DNA of 64,000 nt from Bacteroidota bacterium. Its GTDB lineage: Bacteria; Bacteroidota; Bacteroidia; Bacteroidales; UBA7960. Each line of letters starts with the position of its first letter. Position 1 is the stretch's first letter. This document shows, in pieces, positions 1 through 8,880 of the stretch. The notes under the pieces are model-generated. The model worked only from the letters and a program-made list of their open reading frames with translations, ran no database searches and had not been told where the DNA came from. The translations under genes and the position numbers were made by a program. Location of the stretch: NCBI GenBank assembly GCA_037441525.1, contig JBBISA010000005.1, forward strand, positions 15,641-79,640, given 5' to 3'.

Positions 1-114
1 AATGGCTTCTGTGCGTGCCACTTCATAATATGTAGGGTAATTGCCATAATAGACATAACCCATCTTATCAGTTTCGGAATAACGTACCCTTATGTTGGTT
101 TTAGAAAGATACAT
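1..114 (-). CDS. Hotdog-fold acyl-CoA thioesterase (4HBT/YbgC-like), N-terminal 38 codons only; the gene runs off the left edge
   Basis: Reverse translation from the ATG (cat at 112-114) gives MYLSKTNIRVRYSETDKMGYVYYGNYPTYYEVARTEAI. This matches the usual N-terminus of 4HBT thioesterases (RVRYxxTDxMGxVYxxNY). A -7 box sits 15 nt upstream. Confidence 0.6.
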   Translation of the reverse strand, partial: MYLSKTNIRVRYSETDKMGYVYYGNYPTYYEVARTEAI

Positions 115-128
115 GCTTCTTTTTTATG

Positions 129-136
129 CAAACCTA
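129..136 (-). promoter_or_regulatory. Bacteroidota-type -7 promoter box (TAGGTTTG on the minus strand) for the thioesterase gene
   Basis: The plus strand reads caaaccta, which is TAnnTTTG on the minus strand, 15 nt upstream of the ATG at 114. Confidence 0.45.
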
Positions 137-181
137 ATGAATTTTTCCTTTGCAATTTTGATGGATGCCCAAACTAAGCAT

Positions 182-226
182 CAAAAAAAGAAAACCCGGA
201 ATCCTGAATTTGCAGTTCTCCGGGTT
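182..226 (-). terminator. Rho-independent terminator downstream of the DUF1573 gene
   Basis: An 8-bp stem (aacccgga at 193-200 pairing with tccgggtt at 219-226) is followed on the minus strand by a T-rich run, the complement of caaaaaaagaa at 182-192. Confidence 0.6.
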
Positions 227-249
227 GTATTTATGAATTTTGCCAGAGG

Positions 250-660
250 CTAACTTTCAGGAATTACTTCGCCTTTAATGCGAAGCACTACCTGCTTATT
301 GTCGGCATTTGAATAAACAATAACAGACTTGTTGATTACATTGGGCCTGGTTACAGTGGTGTATCTCACTTTGATTACACCTTCGCGACCTGGCAAAATT
401 GGGTCTCTTGGCCATTCGGGAACAGTACATCCACACGAAGCTTTCACATCGCTTAAAATGAGTGGCACAGTGCCTGTATTTTTAAATCTGAACTCACAGG
501 TGGCATCTGAATTTACTACAATATGGCCAAAATCATGAACTATTGATGTGAATTCAATATGTGATTGTGGGCCGACAGGTTGAGTTTCGGGGGCAGAATT
601 CTGCGCAAAAATAAATGATGCCGCAAACAGGATAATTCCGGTGATGAAAAGATTTTTCAT
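250..660 (-). CDS. DUF1573 domain-containing secreted protein
   Basis: This is the 250..873 ORF trimmed to the internal ATG at 658-660 (MKNLFITGIILFAASFIFAQ, a signal peptide). The C-terminal FGxI...CxFxFxNxGxxPLxIxxVxxSCGCTxP motif is the DUF1573 signature. Confidence 0.8.
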   Translation of the reverse strand: MKNLFITGIILFAASFIFAQNSAPETQPVGPQSHIEFTSIVHDFGHIVVNSDATCEFRFKNTGTVPLILSDVKASCGCTVPEWPRDPILPGREGVIKVRYTTVTRPNVINKSVIVYSNADNKQVVLRIKGEVIPES

Positions 661-716
661 TTTTTTCGGATTTAAAATTTGTTGATGTATTAATTGATGA
701 AAATGCTTTGTACCAT

Positions 717-744
717 TGAAAAAAATACTGGTACCTTCAGTATT
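717..744 (-). terminator. Rho-independent terminator after zupT (end of the dxs-zupT unit)
   Basis: A 7-bp stem (aatactg 724-730 with cagtatt 738-744) is followed on the minus strand by a run of seven or more T. Confidence 0.5.
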
Positions 745-953
745 GCAAATGTAAAAACATTTATCCCCACGACAAAAATATTGCCAAAAAAAATCAGGAT
801 AAACCCTTGAAAGCACCCGATTATTCAAACCCTTTTCCTTACCAAAACAATAATTGAAAGGTTTTATGTGCAATATATTGTTATTCGTCTGTTAATATAC
901 CACAAGAGTCATCTTTATTTTCTTTCAGTGGTTTATGAACAAATCCAAACACA

Positions 954-1796
954 TTAGAGAAGAATAATCAGAGAGATTGCCATTACAGCCATTCCTCCCA
1001 TGAGGCCATAAAGGGAAAGGTGCGGTTGATCGTATTCACGGGCAGCAGGCAACAATTCATCGATTGAAATAAAAATCATAATTCCGGCTACCGAAGCAAA
1101 AATAAACCCAAAAAGTATGTCGTTCATAAATGGCAACAAAATCAGGAAGCCTACCAGAGCACCAACAGGTTCGGCCAAACCAGAAAGGAAACTATGTTTA
1201 AAAGCTTTTTTACGGCTTCCGGTGGCATAGAAAATAGGAACTGACACGGCAATTCCTTCAGGAATGTTGTGGATAGCGATGGCAATGGCAATGGGAAGGC
1301 CTAATTTAATATCTTTCAATGCCACAATAAAGGTGGCAAGGCCTTCGGGGAAATTATGTATTGCGATAGCCATGGCCGAGAGTATTCCCATACGATAAAG
1401 TTTCCTTTTATTCATTTTTTCTCCGTTGGCCGTCATGTCCTCCACCATTCTGATTTCGTGGGGGTTTTCGAATGATGGAACCAGTTTATCGATAACGGCA
1501 ATTATTATCATACCAATAAAAAATGCAAACACAGAAAACGATTGGGCGGTTTTTATTCCCACATCGTCGGTCATGATTTCTATGCTCTTGGGCATTATTT
1601 CCATAAATGAAACATAAATCATTACCCCGGCTGAGAAACCGAGTGATAAGGAAAGGAAACGGGTATTGGTAGTTTTGGCCAAAAACGCAATAGTGCTTCC
1701 GATACCGGTAGAAAGCCCGGAGAAAAGAGTAAGACCAAAAGCTAAAAGTACAGTTTGAAAATCGGTATTATACTGAGCAAAAAAATCTGATATCAT
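954..1796 (-). CDS. zupT: Zinc transporter ZupT (ZIP family)
   Basis: 280-aa polytopic membrane protein with the paired ZIP motifs HNFPEG and HNIPEG and a central cytoplasmic loop. Confidence 0.9.
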   Translation of the reverse strand: MISDFFAQYNTDFQTVLLAFGLTLFSGLSTGIGSTIAFLAKTTNTRFLSLSLGFSAGVMIYVSFMEIMPKSIEIMTDDVGIKTAQSFSVFAFFIGMIIIAVIDKLVPSFENPHEIRMVEDMTANGEKMNKRKLYRMGILSAMAIAIHNFPEGLATFIVALKDIKLGLPIAIAIAIHNIPEGIAVSVPIFYATGSRKKAFKHSFLSGLAEPVGALVGFLILLPFMNDILFGFIFASVAGIMIFISIDELLPAAREYDQPHLSLYGLMGGMAVMAISLIILL

Positions 1797-1840
1797 AGAA
1801 TACGTAAGTACATTACATCTAAAATGTTAATTTAGTTTTT

Positions 1841-3769
1841 CTAACCAGCCGACAGTGCAAAACTTGTGTGGCAGACTCGAATAATGTTGTCATAAATTGA
1901 TTGATAATCGTACCCACATTCGCTTTGTAACTCGGTAATTGTACCATGCTGAATAAATCTGTCAGGAATACCCAGCCGTTTAACTTTAGCAGAATAATTA
2001 TTATCGGCCATAAACTCCAGCACTGCACTTCCCATGCCACCGGCGATTGCATTATCTTCAATGGTAATTACTTTATCGAACCGGGTAAATATCTCATGCA
2101 GCAATTGTTGATCGAGCGGTTTTAAAAAACGTAAATCGTAATGAGCGGCATCGATATTGGCAGAAGCCTGAAGCTCATGGCATGCTTCGAGTGCCACATT
2201 GCCTACCGGGCCTATGGAAATAATGGCGAGGTCTTTGCCCTGCTTCAATTGTCTTCCGGTTCCAATCTTAATTTCACTAAATGGATTACGCCAGTTGCTA
2301 TGAACACCATTGCCCCGCGGATAGCGAATAACCCATGGACCGGCAGGCTTAAGCTGTGCTGTGTAAAGAAGATTGCGCAGTTCCTTCTCATCCATGGGCG
2401 AAGCGATGGTGAAACCGGGGATACACCTGAGATAAGAAAGATCGAAAGCACCGTGGTGAGTAGCGCCATCTTCGCCTACCAGGCCTGCCCGATCGAGACA
2501 AAAAACCACCGGAAGATTTTGAAGGGCAACATCGTGCACCGCCTGATCGTAGGCTCTCTGGAAGAAAGATGAATAAATATTGCAATACGGTATCAATCCT
2601 TGTGTAGCTAATCCTGCAGCAAAAGTTACGGCATGTTGCTCAGCTATACCTACATCGAAAGTACGTTCGGGCAAAGCATTCATCATAATATTGAGTGAGC
2701 AGCCTGTGGGCATGGCAGGAGTTATTCCAACGATGGCCGGATTTTCGCGGGCAAGTTCAAGTATGGTTTGGCCAAAAACCGCTTGGTATTTCGGGGGTTG
2801 ATTTTTTTCGCAGGGAGCTACTTTAAGTTCACCGGTGCGCTTATTGAAAAAACCAGGAGCATGGAACTTGGTTTGATCCTTTTCGGCATGCGAATAACCT
2901 TTCCCTTTTACAGTAACCAAATGGAGCAGTTTGGGACCCTTAATATGCTTTAAATCAGCCAAAACCCTTGACAAATGCTGAACGTCGTGCCCATCAACAG
3001 GGCCGAAATACCTGAATTTCAATGATTCGAATAGATTGCTTTGTCTCAGCAAAGTTGATTTAATGGCATTTTCAAGGTTTTGTATAAGCCCACGGGTATT
3101 GGGGCCATACCTACTTATAGAACCGAGTATATTCCATACATCATCCTTGATTTTATTGTAGGTGCGCGAGGTAGTTATATCAGTAAGATAGTCTTTTAGT
3201 GCACCAACGTTTTTATCTATTGCGATGCCGTTGTCATTGAGAACAACAAGAAGATTTGCATTGGCCACCCCTGCATGGTTTAGAGCTTCGAAGGCCATGC
3301 CTGCAGTCATACTGCCATCGCCAATAACCGCTATATGATGGCGATCAGCATTGTTCTGTAGCGACGATGCTATTGCCATTCCAAGAGCGGCAGAAATGCT
3401 GGTGCTCGAATGACCGGTTCCAAAAGCATCGAACTCACTCTCGGTCATTTTCGGAAAACCGCTCAAGCCACCATATTTGCGATTGGTATAAAAAGCATCG
3501 CGACGACCGGTCAATACCTTATGTGCATAAGCCTGGTGCCCCACATCCCAAATGAGCTTATCGTGGGGGGTTTTAAAAACATAATGGAGCGCAACGGTAA
3601 GTTCAACCACACCCAGACTTGCCCCAAAATGCCCAGGATTGATGCAGGCAGCATCAATAATAAACTCCCGCAACTCATCGCACAATTGGGGTAGCTGATC
3701 GGTTTTGAGATTTCTTAAATCTTCTGGAGTGTTTATGGCTGACAACAGCTCGCCGGCCTTTAATGTCAT
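1841..3769 (-). CDS. dxs: 1-deoxy-D-xylulose-5-phosphate synthase
   Basis: 642 aa. N-terminus LxxIxxPxDLRxL...GHFGxSLGVVELTVALHYVF, the thiamine-diphosphate motif GDGSMTAGMAFEALN, and transketolase-like pyrimidine and C-terminal domains. Confidence 0.97.
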   Translation of the reverse strand: MTLKAGELLSAINTPEDLRNLKTDQLPQLCDELREFIIDAACINPGHFGASLGVVELTVALHYVFKTPHDKLIWDVGHQAYAHKVLTGRRDAFYTNRKYGGLSGFPKMTESEFDAFGTGHSSTSISAALGMAIASSLQNNADRHHIAVIGDGSMTAGMAFEALNHAGVANANLLVVLNDNGIAIDKNVGALKDYLTDITTSRTYNKIKDDVWNILGSISRYGPNTRGLIQNLENAIKSTLLRQSNLFESLKFRYFGPVDGHDVQHLSRVLADLKHIKGPKLLHLVTVKGKGYSHAEKDQTKFHAPGFFNKRTGELKVAPCEKNQPPKYQAVFGQTILELARENPAIVGITPAMPTGCSLNIMMNALPERTFDVGIAEQHAVTFAAGLATQGLIPYCNIYSSFFQRAYDQAVHDVALQNLPVVFCLDRAGLVGEDGATHHGAFDLSYLRCIPGFTIASPMDEKELRNLLYTAQLKPAGPWVIRYPRGNGVHSNWRNPFSEIKIGTGRQLKQGKDLAIISIGPVGNVALEACHELQASANIDAAHYDLRFLKPLDQQLLHEIFTRFDKVITIEDNAIAGGMGSAVLEFMADNNYSAKVKRLGIPDRFIQHGTITELQSECGYDYQSIYDNIIRVCHTSFALSAG

Positions 3770-3956
3770 TATGTTAATCTTAGGTAAACACTTATTTCTG
3801 CAAAAGTATTAAATAAAACATTTCAATCGTTCCTGATTAATATGATGTTTGAAATCCATCTGATACTTTCCGGTATAAACAGCAAAAATACCTTTATATC
3901 TTATCCCAATAATTAGGGATTTTGACTTGTTGGCTAATCAGGGTCTGTTTTTTGGA

Positions 3957-3964
3957 TAAATTTG
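3957..3964 (+). promoter_or_regulatory. Bacteroidota-type -7 box (TAAATTTG) of the feoAB promoter
   Basis: Exact TAnnTTTG match 59 nt upstream of the feoAB ATG. Confidence 0.5.
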
Positions 3965-3973
3965 CACACCTTA

Positions 3974-3992
3974 ATTTAGACTAAGTCTAAAT
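3974..3992. promoter_or_regulatory. Perfect 19-bp palindrome ATTTAGACTAAGTCTAAAT; candidate metalloregulator (Fur-like) operator
   Basis: Nine of nine arm positions pair around the centre at 3983. The palindrome starts 10 nt after the -7 box, so it would overlap the transcription start of an iron-uptake gene. Confidence 0.4.
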
Positions 3993-4022
3993 AATTTATT
4001 TTTAATCTGCAAATATACCCCC

Positions 4023-6542
4023 ATGACATTACATGACCTGCAAAACGGACAAAAGGCCATCATACAAAAGGTGAAGGGGCGAGGAGCTTTTCGGCGCAGG
4101 ATTATTGAAATGGGTTTTGTTTCAGGAAAAGTTGTTGAGGTAATCAGAAAAGCCCCATTGCAAGACCCTATTGAATACAGCATAATGGGGTATTATGTTT
4201 CACTTCGTAGAAGCGAAGCAGAATTGATTGAGGTAATTCCGTTCGAGAACAGAAAGGGATTCGGAACACCCGATTTTGGTGGCACCATTGAAGGTACTGC
4301 CCACAGAGGGCTTACCAGGGGGGGCAATACCATAAATGTTGTATTGGTGGGTAATCCCAACTCGGGCAAAACAAGTTTTTACAACCATGCTTCGGGTTCG
4401 CGCGAAAGGGTGGGCAACTACAGCGGAGTTACAGTAGATGCAAAGCAGGCCAAATTCAGGCACAAAGGCTATAGGTTTAACATTACCGACCTGCCAGGCA
4501 CATATTCTATTTCTGCCTACACACCAGAAGAAATCTATGTTAGAGAATATATTACCGATCGCCTGCCTGATGTGGTAGTAAATATAGTGGATGCATCGAA
4601 TCTCGAACGCAACCTATACCTTACCTCACAGCTGATTGACATGGATATAAAGGTGGTGATGGTGCTGAATATGTATGATGAACTAAAGAAGAAAGGCGAC
4701 ATACTTGACCATGAATCGTTGGGCAAACTCATTGGCATCCCCATTGTTCCGGCTGTAAGTTCCAGGGGAACAGGAATTATTGAAGTGTTTGATAAGGTAA
4801 TTGAAGTATTTGAAGACAAAGACCAAACCCAACGGCACATACACATAAATTACGGCGAAACAGTTGAAAAAGCAATCAACTCTATTCAGGATAAATTAAA
4901 AATACCAGAAAACCAGCACCTTACCAACAGGGTTTCATCAAGGTTTGTTGCCATTAAACTTCTCGAAAAGGACAATGTGGTTGCCCGCAAAATAATGGAA
5001 ACTTGTTCCAATCATCAAGAGATTCTTGAAACGGCATCCATAGAGACACAAAGTATCGAATCGGCTTATAATGAAACCAGCGATACGATTATCACTGATT
5101 TGAAGTACGGCTTCATACATGGTGCATTGCACGAAACCCTTGAACCCGCGGCACAGGAAAGAAGACGCCGCACCCAGGCCATAGACACATTGCTTACCGA
5201 TAAGGTTTTCGGGTTTCCGTTGTTCCTTATTTTTATGTGGCTGATGTTTTCAATTACCTTCAAACTGGGCAGCTATCCGATGGACTGGATAGAGATGGGC
5301 GTTGATTCGCTTAGCGCCTTACTTGAAGGGCAAATGGCACCGGGCCCACTTAAAGACCTGCTTATCAATGGTATGATAAGTGGTGCAGGCGGGGTACTTG
5401 TGTTTCTTCCAAATATTGTGTTGTTGTTTTTCTTTATAAGTATTATGGAAGATACAGGCTACATGTCGAGGGCAGTATTTATAATGGATAAACTAATGCA
5501 CAAAATCGGACTTCATGGAAAGTCGTTTATACCCCTGTTAATGGGCTTTGGGTGCAATGTACCCGCTATAATGGCAACACGTACCCTTGCCAACCGCAAC
5601 GATCGGTTGCTCACCATGATAATAAACCCATTTATGTCGTGCAGCGCCAGACTGCCGGTTTATGTATTGTTTATCACCGCATTTTTCCCCAACAACCAGG
5701 GAACATTGCTTTTTCTTATTTATGGAGCAGGAATTGGAACTGCGGTTATAGCAGCTATTATCTTCAAACGTACCTTGTTTAAAGTGGAAGAGGTCCCATT
5801 TGTTATGGAACTCCCCCCCTACCGGGTTCCAACAGCCCGTGCCACCCTGCGGCACATGTGGAGCAAAGCAGTGCACTATCTCCGGAAAATCAGCGGAATA
5901 ATCCTGGCGGCATCAGTAATTATCTGGGCTTTGGGGTATTACCCCTATGGTTCTGCCTATAACGACACCCTGAATCAACAGACGGAGCTAATATTGGAAA
6001 GATATAACCTGCAGGTTGAAAATGAAACTGAACCATCAAGGATAGATGAAATCAATGCTCTAATGGCAGCCGAACTAAGTGAACTGGAAACCAGGCTTTA
6101 CATGGAGAGACAGGAAAAAAGTCTGATAGGGGGATTGGGTAAATTTATAGAACCTGTAATGCATCCACTTGGTTTTGACTGGAAAATGAGTATTAGCCTT
6201 CTTTCGGGGCTTGCAGCCAAGGAGATTGTTGTAAGCACCTTAGGCGTACTATATCAGGCCGGAGATACAACTGATAATGAAAATGTTGCACTTGCTGTTA
6301 AATTGCAAAATCAGACATATGTTACGGGAGAAAAAGCTGGCCAAAAGGTATTTACCCCTCTCATTGCGCTTTCATTTATGCTTTTTGTTTTGCTTTATTT
6401 CCCTTGCATAGGTGTTCTGGCTGCCATAATTAAAGAATCGGGGCATTGGAAGTGGGGTGTTTTTACTGTTATATATACAACGGCCATAGCATGGGTTGTA
6501 GCCTTTATTGTGTTTCAGGCAGGAAGTTTACTTGGCTTTTAA
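4023..6542 (+). CDS. feoB: Ferrous iron transporter, FeoA-FeoB fusion
   Basis: 839 aa. An N-terminal FeoA SH3-like domain (~75 aa) is followed by the G-domain (GNPNSGKTSFYN, DLPGTYS, NMYD) and the polytopic FeoB membrane domain. This fusion is common in Bacteroidota. Confidence 0.95.
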   Translation: MTLHDLQNGQKAIIQKVKGRGAFRRRIIEMGFVSGKVVEVIRKAPLQDPIEYSIMGYYVSLRRSEAELIEVIPFENRKGFGTPDFGGTIEGTAHRGLTRGGNTINVVLVGNPNSGKTSFYNHASGSRERVGNYSGVTVDAKQAKFRHKGYRFNITDLPGTYSISAYTPEEIYVREYITDRLPDVVVNIVDASNLERNLYLTSQLIDMDIKVVMVLNMYDELKKKGDILDHESLGKLIGIPIVPAVSSRGTGIIEVFDKVIEVFEDKDQTQRHIHINYGETVEKAINSIQDKLKIPENQHLTNRVSSRFVAIKLLEKDNVVARKIMETCSNHQEILETASIETQSIESAYNETSDTIITDLKYGFIHGALHETLEPAAQERRRRTQAIDTLLTDKVFGFPLFLIFMWLMFSITFKLGSYPMDWIEMGVDSLSALLEGQMAPGPLKDLLINGMISGAGGVLVFLPNIVLLFFFISIMEDTGYMSRAVFIMDKLMHKIGLHGKSFIPLLMGFGCNVPAIMATRTLANRNDRLLTMIINPFMSCSARLPVYVLFITAFFPNNQGTLLFLIYGAGIGTAVIAAIIFKRTLFKVEEVPFVMELPPYRVPTARATLRHMWSKAVHYLRKISGIILAASVIIWALGYYPYGSAYNDTLNQQTELILERYNLQVENETEPSRIDEINALMAAELSELETRLYMERQEKSLIGGLGKFIEPVMHPLGFDWKMSISLLSGLAAKEIVVSTLGVLYQAGDTTDNENVALAVKLQNQTYVTGEKAGQKVFTPLIALSFMLFVLLYFPCIGVLAAIIKESGHWKWGVFTVIYTTAIAWVVAFIVFQAGSLLGF

Positions 6543-6552
6543 AGGTATTTTT

Positions 6553-6735
6553 ATGAATCAATGGATTATAACAGGTGTTATTATTGTTGTCTCGGCTTAT
6601 TACCTGATTATGAGAGCTCACCAAAAGTTTTGGAAGCCTCAAAAAAAACAGGCCGATTGCAACTCCTGTTCAAGTGATTGTGCCAAATGTGCTTTGGCAA
6701 ATAATGCCCTAAAAAAAACATCTGGATCAACGTAG
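6553..6735 (+). CDS. FeoB-associated Cys-rich membrane protein
   Basis: This is the 6508..6735 ORF trimmed to the ATG at 6553. It encodes 60 aa with one TM helix (WIITGVIIVVSAYYLI) followed by CNSCSSDCAKC. It lies immediately downstream of feoB. Confidence 0.7.
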   Translation: MNQWIITGVIIVVSAYYLIMRAHQKFWKPQKKQADCNSCSSDCAKCALANNALKKTSGST

Positions 6736-7158
6736 CCTGAGATCAATTTTAAGTTTTTTCAGATCATAACAGGTTAATTCACATGTCCTGTATGTTCTTA
6801 CCCCCAATCTACCTCCATCAACTGCAATAATAGTATCTCCATTGCTGGTTAGGTAGGATGCGGTGAAGGAGTAATTTTTTTCGGTATCAAGAAATTCAGT
6901 TACCAATTCGCGATTATAGCTTTTTTCCCAGAGAAGATTCCCCTTCTTAAAATCGCCTTCGTAAAATCGAATCCTTACCAAACGGTTTTCGGAATTTAGG
7001 GATACCTTAATTTCGACTTCCCCTCTATTAGGCCATTCGGTTTTACAGTTATTATAATCCCATTGTGTACAATCCTCTTCTTTGTCGGTTTTGCACGACA
7101 ACAACAAGGAAAAAAATATGCCGGGAGCTATCAGGAGTATTTTGAATATTTTCTTCAT
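6727..7158 (-). CDS. Hypothetical lipoprotein
   Basis: Trimmed to MKKIFKILLIAPGIFFSLLLSC, a lipobox with Cys. I recognise no family motif. Its 3' end overlaps the convergent feo-associated gene by 9 nt. Confidence 0.55.
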   Translation of the reverse strand: MKKIFKILLIAPGIFFSLLLSCKTDKEEDCTQWDYNNCKTEWPNRGEVEIKVSLNSENRLVRIRFYEGDFKKGNLLWEKSYNRELVTEFLDTEKNYSFTASYLTSNGDTIIAVDGGRLGVRTYRTCELTCYDLKKLKIDLRLR

Positions 7159-7228
7159 TTCGATTGACAGAATAATCATCACTATTTCAATTTTTTGGAG
7201 ATAGTATTTTAAATTCGGAAAAGCCAGG

Positions 7229-8746
7229 TTAATTTAGAACCGGCTTATAGTTAAGGGTTCTGTTTTTGAACAGAGGTATCCGATAATTTATCTGAATACC
7301 TGTAAAATGAGGTGAAATTCTGTTGTAACCAAAATCCAAATACTTATACGTTCCCACAACAGAAAAATCCCGGATATGAAAAAATACAGAGACAGATGGA
7401 AGGATTTTAAACCCTTTTAAAGGTTTAATTGATGTTCCACGATAGTAAGCAGATGAATAACCCACTTCGAAACCCGGTGCTATGCCAGCAAAAAACGTCC
7501 TTCCAGGATTAAGCAGTGGTAGCTCATGGGCTATATCTAAAGAAAAAAGGTTTCGTTTCTCCCTGAACTGATAAAAGGAGCCGGGCCCGCGTGGCACAAC
7601 AACTTTTTGTAATCCAACACGATAATAAAAGTTAAACAAAACTTTTGTTCGAAGTCGGGCTTCATAAAAACCCAGCGAACTTCTGTAAAAAACATCTCCA
7701 TTATTAAAATCGATCCCCTGTCCGGCCCAAATTTCGGAGATGTATAGCCCCCGGGCATTAATGTGAGGTTTAAGAATTTTAGCCATCCTTCTGTTTCGTG
7801 TGTAAAAGGCATAAGCCAGAGCTGTTTTGCGTTTTTCGGAGAGCGAATTTTCGGGTAATTCATAATTAAGCAAAAGAGCAGTCATTTCTTTGTTTGATGT
7901 AGCCGCTGCGAGGCCAAGGGGCGTAATCCCTGAAACATTTGTTGCCACAGGTGAGGCACCTGATTCGAGAAGGTACCATGCCGTGTCTGGCCTGCGGGCA
8001 TATATGGCAACCATTAGTGGCGAGTTCTGGTTTTCATCTTTTGCTTCAATGTCGGCTCCAAGTTCTAAAAGCAGCCCAACAACTTCATTGTGTCCGTACC
8101 ATGCAGCCAGGTGAAGGGCAGTAGAGCCATCCTGGGCTTTGTGATTCGGGTCTGCTCCTTTGAAGGAAAGAAAATCTACCCCTGCAAAATTGTCAAATGC
8201 CGCAGCGTGCATAATGGGTGTGGTATCCAGGATGGTCTTTACAGATACCGATGCTCCTGCATTTACAAGTATCTCTAATAGTTCGAGATCGTTTAACTGC
8301 GATGCATAAACCAATGCGGTGAATCCATAGGCATCGCGGGCATTAACATCTTTAAGTTGAGGTATTATTGCCTTTGCAAATTCAATCTGCTCGGCAAAAA
8401 TCGCATGCATAAGCACAGTGGTTCCGGCCTGATCAGCAGCGTTGATTTCGGCCCCCTTTGCCAATAAAATGTTTATTATAGCAGTATCTCCCCGCTGAAT
8501 TGCGAACATCAGGGCAGTGGTGCCATTATAGTCTGATGCATTGGCCTTTGCACCAGCTTCAAGCAAAATTGCCACTTCTTCAATTTTTCCATTATAAATT
8601 GCATCCAATAGCATGAAATTGCCTGTTTCCTGGCTTATCCTATTTTGAGAATGCACCAAAATTGGACAAATACAAACCAGTGTCAGCAGAAAAAAAGCAC
8701 TATTTAGCCTGGGGGAGTTAGTATATAATTCTTTAAATGAAAGCAT
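7229..8746 (-). CDS. Predicted secreted ankyrin-repeat protein with a beta-strand-rich C-terminal domain (possible 8-stranded outer-membrane barrel)
   Basis: Signal peptide, then about 8 ANK repeats (GxTALMxAxxxGxxxxxxxLLxxGAxxN). The last ~190 aa have eight amphipathic alternating segments and end in ...IQINYRIPLF plus 10 further residues. Confidence 0.8.
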   Translation of the reverse strand: MLSFKELYTNSPRLNSAFFLLTLVCICPILVHSQNRISQETGNFMLLDAIYNGKIEEVAILLEAGAKANASDYNGTTALMFAIQRGDTAIINILLAKGAEINAADQAGTTVLMHAIFAEQIEFAKAIIPQLKDVNARDAYGFTALVYASQLNDLELLEILVNAGASVSVKTILDTTPIMHAAAFDNFAGVDFLSFKGADPNHKAQDGSTALHLAAWYGHNEVVGLLLELGADIEAKDENQNSPLMVAIYARRPDTAWYLLESGASPVATNVSGITPLGLAAATSNKEMTALLLNYELPENSLSEKRKTALAYAFYTRNRRMAKILKPHINARGLYISEIWAGQGIDFNNGDVFYRSSLGFYEARLRTKVLFNFYYRVGLQKVVVPRGPGSFYQFREKRNLFSLDIAHELPLLNPGRTFFAGIAPGFEVGYSSAYYRGTSIKPLKGFKILPSVSVFFHIRDFSVVGTYKYLDFGYNRISPHFTGIQINYRIPLFKNRTLNYKPVLN

Positions 8747-8880
8747 TTTAAGTATATGATTAATTGCATAAATTACTGTTTAACAACTACTTATGTCAAT
8801 AATTCAAATTTATTTCATTAAACAATTAGACGAATTAAAATTAGTAAAATTGCAAGTTGTAAAACTTAAATGCTAAAATT

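Noticed and set aside
1819-2061. Minor track ORFs overlapping dxs, feoB, the kinases, obg and others. Examples are 1819..2061, 2141..2572, 4535..4846, 11588..11908, 22370..22687 and 25467..25832.
   Set aside because: All are alternative-frame or antisense ORFs nested in genes with unambiguous homology signatures. None has independent support.
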